Assembly: GCF_006345805.1 (NCBI RefSeq)
Contig: NC_043019.1
Location: forward strand, 12,213,360-12,277,359
Origin: Octopus sinensis
Lineage: Eukaryota
Reading direction: 5' to 3'
DNA: 64,000 nucleotides
Shown here: in pieces, positions 39,326 to 51,759 of the stretch
How the letters are laid out: each line of letters starts with the position of its first letter
Numbering within the stretch: the stretch's first letter is position 1
Program-made: the position numbers and the translations under genes
Notes under the pieces: generated by a model
What the model saw: the letters and a program-made list of their open reading frames with translations, nothing else
Told to the model about the DNA's origin: nothing
Databases searched by the model: none

Positions 39326-39630
39326 TTGTTTGTTCCTTCTTGAGCCATACCTGGCTCATAAGGGCCGGTTTCCCAGTTTCCTTGGCGTATAGGTTCCCCA
39401 TCTGGACGGGACACCGGTCCGTCGCTGGTGAGCTGCAAGATGCAGAAGGAAAGAGTGAGAGAAAGTTGTGGCGAAAGAGTCAGCAGAAGTTCGCCATTAC
39501 CTTCTGCCGGAGCCGCGTGGAGCTTAGGTGTTTCGCTCATAAACACACACATCACCCGGTCTGAGATTCGAACCCGTGATCCCTCGACCGCAAGTCCGCT
39601 GCTCTAACCACTAGGTCATGTGCCTCCACA
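39326..39630 (-). mobile_element. Family C SINE, tail variant 3
   Basis: Perfect 12-bp TSD tggtctagaaat at 39314-39325 and 39631-39642. Confidence 0.93.
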
Positions 39631-40019
39631 TGGTCTAGAAATACTTGCAATGGAGTAAACTCTGCTATAGATATCTGGAAAGCCAGGTTGTGGTGATGAT
39701 GGGTGTTAAACTGGGTATGGATTAGGTCAGATTGAGAAGGTTGGGCACAGCTGTTTGGGCACTGGCCATTTGGCTCAGCTGACTGAGCATCCAGCCCATT
39801 TTGGGCGGCAGTATATTTTGGTGCTGGAAGCGAACACATGTACTCGCATGTACTCAAATAGAAAGCATGAAAGAGAGAGAGAAAGTCATTGCAATTTATT
39901 TATTGAACGTGATTCTCATAAACTCTTTTCTCCTTCTCATGAATAGAAATATATTCACACAGATAAACAGACATAGGGAGAGGGCCAGAGAGATATTATA
40001 ATCTATTAATTGAGCTCTC

Positions 40020-40370
40020 TGTTTCAGAAGACTTTTGGGAATATCCTTCAGAGATTGTGTCACAAATGACGAAGTGGAAAGAATATTAGGGCAGACAATA
40101 GGGCCCTTTGAGGAACTCCTAACCAGAGTAAAGAAACACAAGCTCAGATAGTTTGGGCATGTCACCTGCACATCAGGGATAGCCAAAACAATCCTTCAGG
40201 GAATAGTCAAAGGTGGCAGATGCAGAGGCAGACAAAGAAGTAGGAAAACAGCATCTGTGAGTAGACAAGCCTCAAGATGAGACACATGGGGAGAAAGGCA
40301 GAAGACAGGTGGAGGGACCTGGTTGCAAAAGCATCAGTGGTGCCCCAACTGTCAACCAGACTACGAGATA
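40020..40370 (+). mobile_element. Decayed RTE-clade LINE 3' end
   Basis: CFRRLLGISFRDCVTNDEVERILGQTIGPFEELLTRVKKHKLR*FGHVTCTSGIAKTILQGIVKGGRCRGRQ; in-frame stop at 40149-40151. Confidence 0.82.
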
Positions 40371-41655
40371 TGTAATGTAATTGAACACGACTGACACAAA
40401 CACTTTCCCTCTCCTCATAAACATAAAAGGAAATAGGCTTACGTGCATAAACTGAGAGAGAAAGTGTGTGAGTGATAGAGAATGAGGGCAACTGGCTTCT
40501 GTGCCGGTGGCATGTAAAAAGCACCAACCGATCGTGGCCGTTGCCAGCCTCCCCTGGCACCTGTGCTGGTGGCACATAAAAAGCACCCACTACACTCACG
40601 GAGTGGTTGGCGTTAGGAAGGGCATCCAGCTGGAGAAATTCTGCCAGATCAGACTGCAGCCTGGTGCAGCCTCCTGGCTTCCCAGATCCCCGGTCGAACT
40701 GTCCAACCCATGCTAGCATGGAAAACGGACGTTAAACGATGATGATGATGCTTCTGCCTAGCCAGCTCCTGTCAAACCTTCCACCCCATTCCAGCGTGAA
40801 AAATGGATGTTAAATGCTAATGATGATGATGTCAAAATTAATGTTAAATCCACAATACCAAATAGATTGCGCTGAAACCTCTCATATCTGGTTTAGGCCC
40901 ATCACTTATTAACCGGTGCTTGTCCATCCTGTAGGCTTCCACAAGTTTTCAATGACTGAATCTCACTCACAAAACACAAGTTGAACCAAGTCTCTGATAA
41001 AAACACTTACCCAGTGTGCTGCACAGTTGCATCACATCCACTTTCATGTGTTTGAGAAACCACGTGCTTAACCCCATGGCTTTACTTTCACTCCAAATTT
41101 GTCACACTGTTGTTTTATCAGTTTTATAAAGTTTTCTTTTACCTTTTATTGAAGGTGCAGGCATGGCTGCGTGGTTTTACAAATTTGCTTTGCAAACCCC
41201 ATGGTTTCAGGTTCAGCCTTACTAATCAGCAATTTGGGCAAATGTTTTTTACAAATAAGCCCCTACTCTGACTTGTGCTTTGTGAGTAGATTTGGTGGAC
41301 AAATTTTTTAAAGCCTTGTACTTATTCTATAGATCTCTTTTGACGAACTGTTAAGTTATGGGGATGTAAACACACCAATACTGGTTGTCAAGCAGTGATG
41401 GACAGGACACACACACACACACACAATAGGTTTCTTTCAGTTTCCATCTACCAGTCACAAAGCTGAACCCAGAACCATGTGGTTGGGAAGTAAGCTTCTT
41501 ACCACACAGACACGCCTTCTTATACAGAAGAATTATTACCATAATTCTGCGGAATTATTTGCAGTCTTAATTTTTGTTAATTTTGAAAATTTGTCCTTAT
41601 TAAGCTGTCGTTTGGAACATAAGCTAACATGAAAACTTTGGTGGAAAGTTGTAGT

Positions 41656-41926
41656 TTAACCCTTCCGTTACTGTATTTATTTTGAGATGCTCTGCATTTC
41701 TTCAATTACTTTAAATATAACAAAGAATTTAGAAAATAACTTGGCTATCATTCAGCTAATGTCAGGAACATAAATTGTGACCAAGGTTTGGTGGAATTCA
41801 AAACTTGTGAAAATAAGACATTTGTACTCAGAGCCAGAGCCTGTTTCAAATCAGTTTAAAACCAGAAGTTTGTATGTTAGAGCCAGTGGCTGGTATCTGA
41901 GGCAGGTCTGGTGTCAAAAGGGTTGA
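41656..41926 (+). mobile_element. piggyBac-like MITE
   Basis: TTAA-CCCTTCCGTTAC...GTGTCAAAAGGG-TTGA; a second copy in reverse lies at 63479-63705. Confidence 0.7.
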
Positions 41927-42451
41927 TAAGAGGGATTTGCACTCAAGTTGTTCATTTATAATTGCTGTAGCAGATATATGGGAAAGAGAGAGAGAGAGAG
42001 ACAGTCAGTACAATGAAAATACCTTGCTTCAGTGTACAGTACAGTGAATTTTTTTCACTTTTATCACAATTGGTTAGCTTGTGTGCACAAAGGCCTTACT
42101 GTATACCATCTCTCTCTCTTTCTCTCTCAACCATATTTAATGTATATCTGTCTCTTTGTTAGTCTGTAGCCTAACCTCTGTTCTTCTCTAATTTCTATAC
42201 CTCATTATTATTATTATTATTTTTAATCTATCAGAGACTCTTTTCATCTGAGCAGTTGATTTCTTTTTATGTTCTGGTTCAGTGAAACAGGATAGTGGCA
42301 GAGCTGTTTTAGTGAATGAGCCAGACTTTTAAATAGTTTAATCCTTTCTTGTTCATGCAGATCATTACTGGCAGTGTGATCAATGGTTTGAACACAGATC
42401 ATATTCACTTCAAACACCTCTCTGGCTATAAAAATCCTTACTTTCATAGGT

Positions 42452-42489
<38 letters not shown>

Positions 42490-42957
42490 CTACCAGTATC
42501 TTTAACAAACATCTGTTTGGGCCATTACGTGGTCTCTTGACTTGCTAGAAATAGCAGGTGAATTTCCCTCCAACTCATACTTTGGTACCTTAAAAAATAA
42601 CACAATCAAACATGGCTGTGTGATTAAGAAGCTCACATTGCAACATGGTTTTAGGGTTTGGCCCCACTGGGCAGCATGTTGGTCAAGTGTCTTCTACTAT
42701 TACTCTAAACTGACCAATGTCTTGTGAGTGAATTTGATAGACATAAACTGTGGAAACAATTAGTATGGGTGTATGTATATATATATATATATATAGGCAC
42801 AAGTGTGGCTGTGTGGTAAGTTTGATTGCCAGCCACTTGGTTCTAGGTTCAGGCCCACTGCATGGAACCTTGGCCAAGTGTCTTCTGCTATAGCTTTGGG
42901 CTGACCAAAACTTTGTGAGTAGATTTGGTAGATGGAAACTGAAAGAATCCCATTGTA

Positions 42958-43001
<44 letters not shown>

Positions 43002-44809
43002 CTGCCACCACCGCTTGACAACTGGTGTTGGTGTGTTTATGTCCCTTGTAACTTAGCAGTTTGCGATCAATAGAATAAACTATCAATCAGTTTCACTCAA
43101 ACCCTTCAAGGTGATGTCGCAGCATGGCTGTTGCCCAATGACTGGAACAAGTGAAAGATAAAAGATGGTATTCCAGTGTCTTTGATTTCATCATAGGTCT
43201 ACTCAGCCTGGGCTGATTTCCGACTGACAACAACAACAACAACAACAATAACCTAAAAGTAGCTTGGTCTCTTTGTTACCATAATCTCTGTGTCATCTTT
43301 AATTGTACAAAGATGGAGCATGCATAGAATATAATGCCAAATAACTGTGACCTGACTTACTTACATGGTCCTTGTGCAGAACTGTGGTGGTGATGTTATG
43401 CTTCACTGAACAGCCACTGTATTTAGTTTCTGTAGCATTCCTCATTAGATGACTAGTAACAGTTTTTAAGTATTAATCTTGCTTCACAGTTGAGTGGTTT
43501 GCATTAAGGAGAGAACTCTCATTATCACCACCATCATTTGTGTTAATGTCCGCTTTTCCATGCTTGCTTAGGTCAGACAGAATTTATTGAAGCAGATTTT
43601 CTGTGGCCCTTCCTGTCACCTCTCACTTGTTTCAAAAGTATGGTAATATTTGCCCATTACCAGACATGATTTTACAGAATATTGGAAATGTAAATATTGT
43701 AAAAGTGCTTTAAATGAATATTGGAAATCATCATCATCTACATCGTTTAACGTCCGTTCTCCATGCTAGCATGGGTTGGACGGTTCGACCGGGGATCTGG
43801 GAAGCCAGAAGGCTGCACCAGGCTCCAGTCTTATCTGGCAATGTTTCTACAGCTGGATGCCCTTCCTAACGCCAACCACTCCGTGAGTGTAGTGGGTGCT
43901 TTTTACGTGCCACCTGCACAGGTGCCAGGCGAGGCTGGCAATGGCCACGGTCGGATTGGTGTATTTTATGTGCCACCGGCGCGGAAGCCAGTCGAGGCGG
44001 CGCTGGCATCGGCCACGAGTCGGATAGTGCTTTTTACGTACCACCAGACCAGGGATCCTGGCTGGTTCAATTCGATTTCGATTTCGCTTGCCCCAACATG
44101 TCTTCGCAAGTAAAGGGGGTTGGCATGGGTGCCTGTCATATGGTCGGATTGGTGTATTTTATGTGCCACCGGCACGGAAGCCAGTCGAGGCGGTGCTGGC
44201 ATTGGCCACGAGTCGGTTAGTGCTTTTTACGTACCACCAGACCAGGGATCCTGGCTGGTTCAATTCGATTTCGATTTCCCCAACATGTCTTCACAAGCAT
44301 GTAAATGAATATTGTAAATATTCATTTACAACAATCCTACAATATCAAAACAAGGGGACAGACATACAGTCACATGGCAGGCTTCTTTTAGTTACTGTCT
44401 ACCAAATTCACTCAAAAGGCTTTAGTTGATTCAGTGCTATAGGTGAAGACATTTGATCCCAAGGTGCCATTTTTAATTGGAGTGTACCTCAAACCACACA
44501 GCTATGCTTGTGCCTACAAAATACCAGTTCCAATGATTTAAAGAATGTCTTCTACAGAAGCCTTGAGTGGATTAGGTAGGTAGAAACTGTATGGGAGCCC
44601 ATCTTGTATATGTATGTGTGTGTGTATATGTTTCTGTCTGTCTCCCACCAATGTTTGACAACCGCTGTTAGTGTGTTTACATCCATGTAACTTAGCTGTA
44701 TGGCAAAAAAGACTGATAGAAAAAGTACCAATCTTTGAAAAAAAAAGTACTGGGGTCGATCCGTTCGATTAAAAATTCTTCAAGGTGATGCCCCAGCATG
44801 GCCGTAGTC

Positions 44810-45205
44810 GGATCTTTTCGATTTGAACAGCAGTTTTTTCTAGCGGTGTCATATGAAATTGTCACCCATAATTATGACCCTAGTATCGATCTATTGCATT
44901 TCAATCTGTTTTAGGGTGGGGGGAAGGGTATCTTTTTTTCTTCAGAAATGTAAATAAACCCAATATGTTTCTTAAACGAGGGACATATTCATACGGCACA
45001 GAATGTTTTCACCACAATAGACGTCATTGATTGGTTGAAATTGCAGAAAAAAAGCAACAAATATCTTACAAACTATAGAATTTTCTCAATAAAGCCAAGA
45101 GAAAAAGATGTTTTATAAACACATTCTACCAGTATACGAAGTTTAAAAGTGTTTAGTTACGTGGAAATTATTTTTTAAAAACTGCCGTTCAAACCGAAAA
45201 GATCT
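44810..45205. mobile_element. MITE with 8-bp TSD (Merlin-like) inserted into a family B SINE tail
   Basis: TIR ggatcttttcgatttgaacagcagtttt / aaaactgccgttcaaaccgaaaagatct; TSD ccgtagtc at 44802-44809 and 45206-45213. Confidence 0.88.
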
Positions 45206-46317
45206 CCGTAGTCTAATGACTGAAACAAGTGAAAGAATAAAAGAATAGTTTAGTTACGTTGTGAATGCTTAAAAGCATGAATGTCTGCCATAAAGTGAGT
45301 AAACGTTTTTTTTCTAATGTAGGACTCGATGCGAATGTAGAGTAGAGTACACACGCACATATGCACATCTGATCTACAACCGATTCTCAGAGCGCATGAA
45401 TTGGAAACCACACAGAACAACACACCGAGTTGGTTGGTTGGTGCGGTTTTTTTAATAGACAGCTGGAGATGAAAAATGATAGGAGGTGGGGGGGAGCATT
45501 CGAGATATGTCGGTGGTTTAGAGGCGGAAGGTACTGCCACTGTCTGCACTTTGAAAACGATGTTATATTCAGACTTTAAGTGTTCGTTAAGTAAAGTTCT
45601 GAATGTATGAAGGAGCCTGGTTGTTAAGAATAACAACGGATGAAATATCCTGAAGACATACTTAGAGGTTGCTAGGAGTTTTAATGTTAGTAAAAGAAAG
45701 AAAGAAAAAAGAAGCAGTATATTAATTGCTTATCTTTTTATCTTTTACTTGTTTCGTTCAGTCAATGGTCTGCGCGGCGGCCATGCTGGGGCACACCACC
45801 CTCAGTGATTTCTATTTTTTAAGTACGGTACTTATTCTTATCAGTCTCCCTTTTTTTTACCGACTGGCGGCAAAGTTGCAATGTAAACAAACCAACACCA
45901 GTTGTCAAGCGAGACGGTCGGTAGAGGAGGAACGCACGAGCGGCTTCCGCACAGTTTCCGTCTATCAAATTCATTCAGGATGCATTGGTTGGTTGGTCCG
46001 GGGCGCTATAGTAGAAGACACTTACGTGCGCGAGGTGCCGTATTGGGGACTGAACGTGGAAGCACGTGATTGCAAAGCGAGCTTCTTAACCTATTTTTTT
46101 ATTTATTTTATCATATTTCGTTTTTGGATTTGGTCTGCAAGATTCTTTATATGAGTTCGTGTGTTGAAGCATATTCTGTTGTCTGGGGAGAGTCATTCTC
46201 TACTCACCGGTAAAATTTCCACTTATTTTTTTTATTATTTTTATTTTCCTAAAATTTTCGTTGCGTCTTGCAACCTTTTCGATAGTTTCGACTATTTTAT
46301 CACTTTTAAATTAAATT

Positions 46318-46752
46318 TTTGGCGATCTTTCGTCTCTAGTAGACCTTTCCGTCGATTTCCGTAAAATTTTTTTTTTTTTTTTACATATGGGCTTGCGGGA
46401 ACTTTTGAAGTAATATACGTACATATACACATACACCGAGTAAAAAATTTCAGTTATCTCTTTCTTTCACACATTACTCTGTCTCTTCACACACACTAAC
46501 AGAAGCACTTCACTTACACAACATACTGTCTGTCTCCCACACCCCATCAAACAAACACACACACACACATGTGTACATCAATGCTCCCATGCACGGTAAC
46601 TTCAAAAGAACTTCCCTCGTCATACAATCGCTTTCTCTTAGTCTCTTTCGCTCTCATTACTTCAAAAGTTCCCGCAAGCCCATATGTAAAAAAAAAAAAA
46701 AAATTTTACGGAAATCGACGGAAAGGTCTACTAGAGACGAAAGATTGCCAAA
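46318..46752. repeat. About 97-bp near-perfect inverted repeat with ~240-bp spacer
   Basis: 46318-46414 versus the reverse complement of 46656-46752; they differ only by one substitution and the length of the T/A run. Confidence 0.93.
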
Positions 46753-47270
46753 TGTTTGGCTCTAATTGCTAGATAATATATTCTGTTTATAGTAACTTAT
46801 TAGAATGAAAAGGTGGGCAAATAACAAATATATTTTTTTCATTCCTTATATTGAATAGTTTTCATTTTCTTTCTCCGTCTAAAGTATTTAACTGTCTTTA
46901 CATTTCTTCGTTTATTCTTTTATCTCTCTTCTGTTGCTATTTTATTTATTTTCCCATCTCTTTTCCTTTATCCTTATCCCTCTTTCATCCTTCATAACTC
47001 TTCCTCTTAATTCCCCTCCGTCCCATCTATTAAATTCACAGCAGGTCGTGTTAATTTTTTATTTTGCTTAAATAAAACGAAACAAGCAGGAAAAATTATA
47101 GAAAAAAAAACTGATTAGAAACCTCCCTCTCTTCAAAAAAGAAAGGAAATAAAAAAACCACGAACAACTAGGAATATGAAATGTTGAGACGAGACGACGG
47201 CAGAATTGAAATTTTTATCAATCATTTTTCTACATATGTTGCCGCTTCTGTTGAGTAAAGTAAGGCTTAC

Positions 47271-47350
47271 CTCCCTTGTCTGTTCGCTCTCCTGTCAGCT
47301 TGTCAAATGAAAACCAGCAATTATGTACATTGCAAATACTTCCGGTCTAA
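47271..47350 (-). promoter_or_regulatory. Candidate promoter / non-coding first exon of a minus-strand transcript
   Basis: ETS/GABP-type ACCGGAAGT (47346-47338) followed by a strong donor GAG|GTAAGC at 47270; the only ATG leads to a short uORF. Confidence 0.4.
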
Positions 47351-47369
47351 ATGTGGCGTGCATATATGT

Positions 47370-47390
47370 ATGAGTGTGTGTATTTGTATA

Positions 47391-47425
<35 letters not shown>

Positions 47426-47715
47426 GGTGTGTATATATATATATATTTATATATGTGTGTGTGTATATATATATATATTTATATATGTGTGTGTGTATAT
47501 ATATATATATTTATATATGTGTGTGTGTATATATATATATATTTATATATATGTGTGTGTGTGTGTGTGTGGTGTGTATATATATTTATATATGTGTGTA
47601 TATATATATATATTTATATATGTGTGTGTGTATATATATATATATATTTTATATGTGTGTGTATATATATATATATATTTATATATGTGTGTGTATATAT
47701 ATATATATTTTTATA

Positions 47716-47756
<41 letters not shown>

Positions 47757-48120
47757 GTGTGTGTATATATATATATATATTTATATATGTGTGTGTATAT
47801 ATATATATATATATTTATATATGTGTGTGTATATATATATATATTTATATATGTGTGTGTATATATATATATATATTTATATATATGTGTGTGTGTATAT
47901 ATATATATATATATTTATATATATGTGTGTGTGTATATATATATATATATATTTATATATATGTGTGTGTATATATATATGTATATTTATATGTGTGTGT
48001 GTGTATATATATGTATATATATATGTGTGTGTGGTGTGTATATATGTATATATAAATATGTGTGTGTGTATATATGTACATACATATGTATGTATGTGTG
48101 TGTGTGTGTATATATGTATA
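47370..48120. repeat. Compound (TA)n/(TG)n minisatellite, ~25-30-bp higher-order unit
   Basis: Recurring gtgtgtgtatatatatatatttatatat units; it accounts for the 234-304-aa ORFs. Confidence 0.97.
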
Positions 48121-48450
48121 TAGACGACCATGCTAGATTCTGTAACCTGGTTTCGATTCAGTTGTGTCGCTTATGCTCTTGTAAAAGCTGTACTCCCTTG
48201 CCCTCCTACATATTTGCATAAGGCTTCATGGCTGTTATAAAGTGACGTGTGTGTTTGTAGGTTCCTTTTTTTTTAACTTGATCCATTAGGAATCTGACAT
48301 GTGTCTTTCTAGAAGCTTATTTGATTATAAGTGGGATCATAGAAAACTTAGGCGAGAAAATTTGTAACCTCCTATCTTACGTGTTTCAGTCATTGGACGG
48401 CAGCCCTGCTGGAAGGAACCGATTTGAAGGGTTTTAGTCAAACAGATCGC

Positions 48451-48617
48451 GGCGTAACTTCGGTATAGGTACCGGAAGTACCGGATACATTTCAAGAAAG
48501 TGTTTTTTCTTTATATATATATATATATATGGGGGTTTAGGGGTGGGAGAAAAAGGTTTCTGTTATCTTCAGAAATGTAAACAAAGCCACTTACGGTACC
48601 TATACCGAAGGATCGCC
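48451..48617. mobile_element. Merlin-like MITE (167 bp) with 8-bp TSD
   Basis: TIR ggcgtaacttcggtataggtaccg / cggtacctataccgaaggatcgcc (GG...CC termini); TSD cagatcgc at 48443-48450 and 48618-48625. Confidence 0.88.
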
Positions 48618-49784
48618 CAGATCGCATCTTCCCGTACCCGTATTTGCAAAAACAAACAAACAAAAAAAAACAGGTACCATTTATTTTATCGGTCTCTTGC
48701 CTAACTGATAGATTACAGAGACGTAAACAAACCAACACTGGTTGTCAAACGTTGGGCGGTGGTGGGGGGACAAACTTATGCGCGCACATGAAAGACTGCT
48801 ACACGATTTCTGTCTGTCAAATTCATTCATAAGGCATTGATCGGTTAGCTGGCAGGGTATAGTAGAAGAGACTTGCCCAAGGTGTGCTACCCTGTAGGAC
48901 TGAACCAGAAACCATGTGATTGCAAAGCGAGCTGAAAATTAAAAAAAAAAAAAGTATTGCTACGCGCAGGCGTGGCTGTGTGGTAAGTAGCTTGCTTCCC
49001 AACCACATGGTTCTGGGCTCAGTCCCACCGCATGGCACCTTGGGCAAGTGCCTTCTATCATAGCTTCGGGCCGACCAAGGCCTTGTGAGTGGATTTGGTA
49101 GACGGAAACTAAAGAAACTCATCGTGCGTATATTTATGTAACTGTCCCCACCGTCATCGCTTGACAACCGATGTTGGTGTGTTTATGTCCCGTAACTTTG
49201 TGGTTCAGCAAAAGAGACCAATAGGATAAGTACTAGGCTTACAAAGCCTTAGACCGATTTCCCTGACTAGAAGGTGGTACAGGAGCTCTGGTGCCAGTAG
49301 CTATTGCGTTCATAAAAAGCCTAGTACACACAATCTTTTTCTCTCTCACATGCACTCACACACATACATGCCTACATGCACTAACACACACACACATGCA
49401 TGCACGCACACATATGCACACTCACTGGATACTTAGCCTGGTTCAAACAGCAGCACCTATAAATAGCCGCTGTTGTTTCAAGAAGGAAATAACCACCAAC
49501 TGTTACTTATTGATAGTCAAGCTTGCAGATTCTACCAAAAGTACTACTCTACTATGCAGAGTTCAAATGAGTGTCCATGTAAAAATTATGATTTCAAATA
49601 AATATATATATACATACATACACACATACATATATATACACACACACACACACACATACACACACACACACACATAGATATGTATATATATACATACATA
49701 CACACATACATATATATATACACACACACACACAGATATGTATACACACACATACATATATATATATATATACATATATACATT

Positions 49785-49818
<34 letters not shown>

Positions 49819-50435
49819 CACACACACAAACTTTTTTATTATGCATTTCAGCCCAAATGCTGTGGTCATGCTGGGATGCCATCAGTAAAACTCAACGTCT
49901 CCCTTATTCTCTTTTAATTATGTGTGTGTGTATTACACCCGAATATATATATATATATATATTATCTGAGATGCCCTTTGCTCATGAATGACCATGGGAT
50001 TGCACCTAGAAGGTTACCCTCCAAGGCACAAGTCCAGGCAAGGTTGTTTATGGAAGCCTAGCAGTCGCCCGTGCATACTGGCCTCCCCTCTCCATGGAAA
50101 GGCAAAGGGGCCAATACAGCTTGGCACCTGTGATGTCACAACCCATTTCTACAGCTGAGTGAACTGGAGCAACGTGAAATGAAGTGTCTTGCTCAAGAAC
50201 ACAACATTCAGCCCGGTCTGAGATTCGAACTCACAACCTCACGGTTGCAAGTTCGACACTCTAACCACTGAGCCATGCGCCTTCACACACACACACATCT
50301 ATATATATAATGTGTAGCATTCTAATAGCTGCAGAAAAACTATTTGGTGCCAGAAAGTCTATCTTAATGAATTATGTATCTAGAGTGGTGTTGCAATTTA
50401 TATTTATAATTGTGCTGGTAGTGGTAATAATTGTT

Positions 50436-50471
<36 letters not shown>

Positions 50472-51048
50472 CATATATATATAAACCTGCTTGTGCTTTT
50501 TTTTTGTATTGTTGTTAGTCCTAGTTAAATAAACTTATGTCGAAAGACAGTCTTGCCTTGACCGACCAACTCTTAGTTTTTTATTTTATTTTTAAGGAAA
50601 TATCTAGAACTTTCTGATCTAATGTATTTCTTGTTTTTGTTAAGAGACATAGAGTAGGGATGTGATTGGAGGTAATTTGGATACTATTTCTAGCAAGTCA
50701 AGCAACTACGTAGCAATTCCTTCATTGCTATGTCTCAGTATTGTTGATTGTGTATGTATTTGCACAAATGTGTGTATGTGTGTATATATTTACACATGTT
50801 TACATGTATATATATATATATATATATATACTACACATATGTGTGTGGTTGTGTATACATATATGTGTATATACTCACTTTTTAGTAGCATTTTGTCTCT
50901 TTTCGTCCTGAGTTCAAATACTGCCGAGGTTGACTTCACCTTTCGTCCTCTCAGAGTTGATAAAATAAGAGCATGTTGAGGACTGGGGTCGATATAATCG
51001 ACATAACCCCTATCCAGAAATTGCTAGCCTTGTGCCTAAATCTGAAGA

Positions 51049-51087
<39 letters not shown>

Positions 51088-51362
51088 GGTGGTGAACTGG
51101 CTGAATCATTAGCTTGCTGGATCAAATGCTTAGCAGTATTTTGCTTGTCGATACGTTCTGAGTTCAAATTCTGCTGAGGCCGACTTTGCCTGTCACACAA
51201 AAATGTGTATGTTTGTGCCCTTGTCTTGATATCACTTGATAGTTGTAAATGAACATCACCATCATACAAGCAATATTTGTTTGTTTCTAGTCTTCTGTAG
51301 AAAACATACCTTGCTAAGGGAATGAGTGAGTGTTGGTGACAGGAAGGGTATCCCAATGATAA

Positions 51363-51759
51363 AGTGGAGGCGCAATGGCCCAGTGGTTAGGGCAGCGGAC
51401 TCACGGTCGTAGGATCACGGTTTCGATTCCCAGACCGGGCGTTGTGAGTGTTTATTGAGCGAAAACACCTAAAAGCTCCACGAGGCTCCGGCAGGGGGGG
51501 GGGGGTGATCCCTGCTGTACTCTTTCACCACAACTTTCTCTCTCACTGTTACTTCCTGTTTCTGTTGTACCTGTATTTCAAAGGGGCCGGCCTTGTCACT
51601 CTCTGTGTCACGCTGAATATCCCCCGAGAACTACGTTAAGGGTACACGTGTCTGTGGAGTGCTCAGCCATTTACACGTTAATTTCATGAGCAGGCTGTTC
51701 CGTTGATTCGGATCAACCGGAACCCTCATCGTCGTAACCGACGGAATGCTTCCGTTCCC
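51363..51759 (+). mobile_element. Family C SINE, tail variant 4
   Basis: 13-bp TSD atcccaatgataa (51350-51362, 51760-51772); tail ...ggaaccctcatcgtcgtaaccgacggaatgcttcc. Confidence 0.92.

Noticed and set aside
47307-48221. 234-304-aa ORFs rich in Y/I/C/V
   Set aside because: Translations of the TA/TG minisatellite, which lacks stops by composition.
51363-51440. tRNA-like sequences (heads of families B, C, D)
   Set aside because: A/B boxes are present, but they run into SINE bodies, lack an acceptor stem and are TSD-flanked, so they are SINE heads, not tRNA genes.
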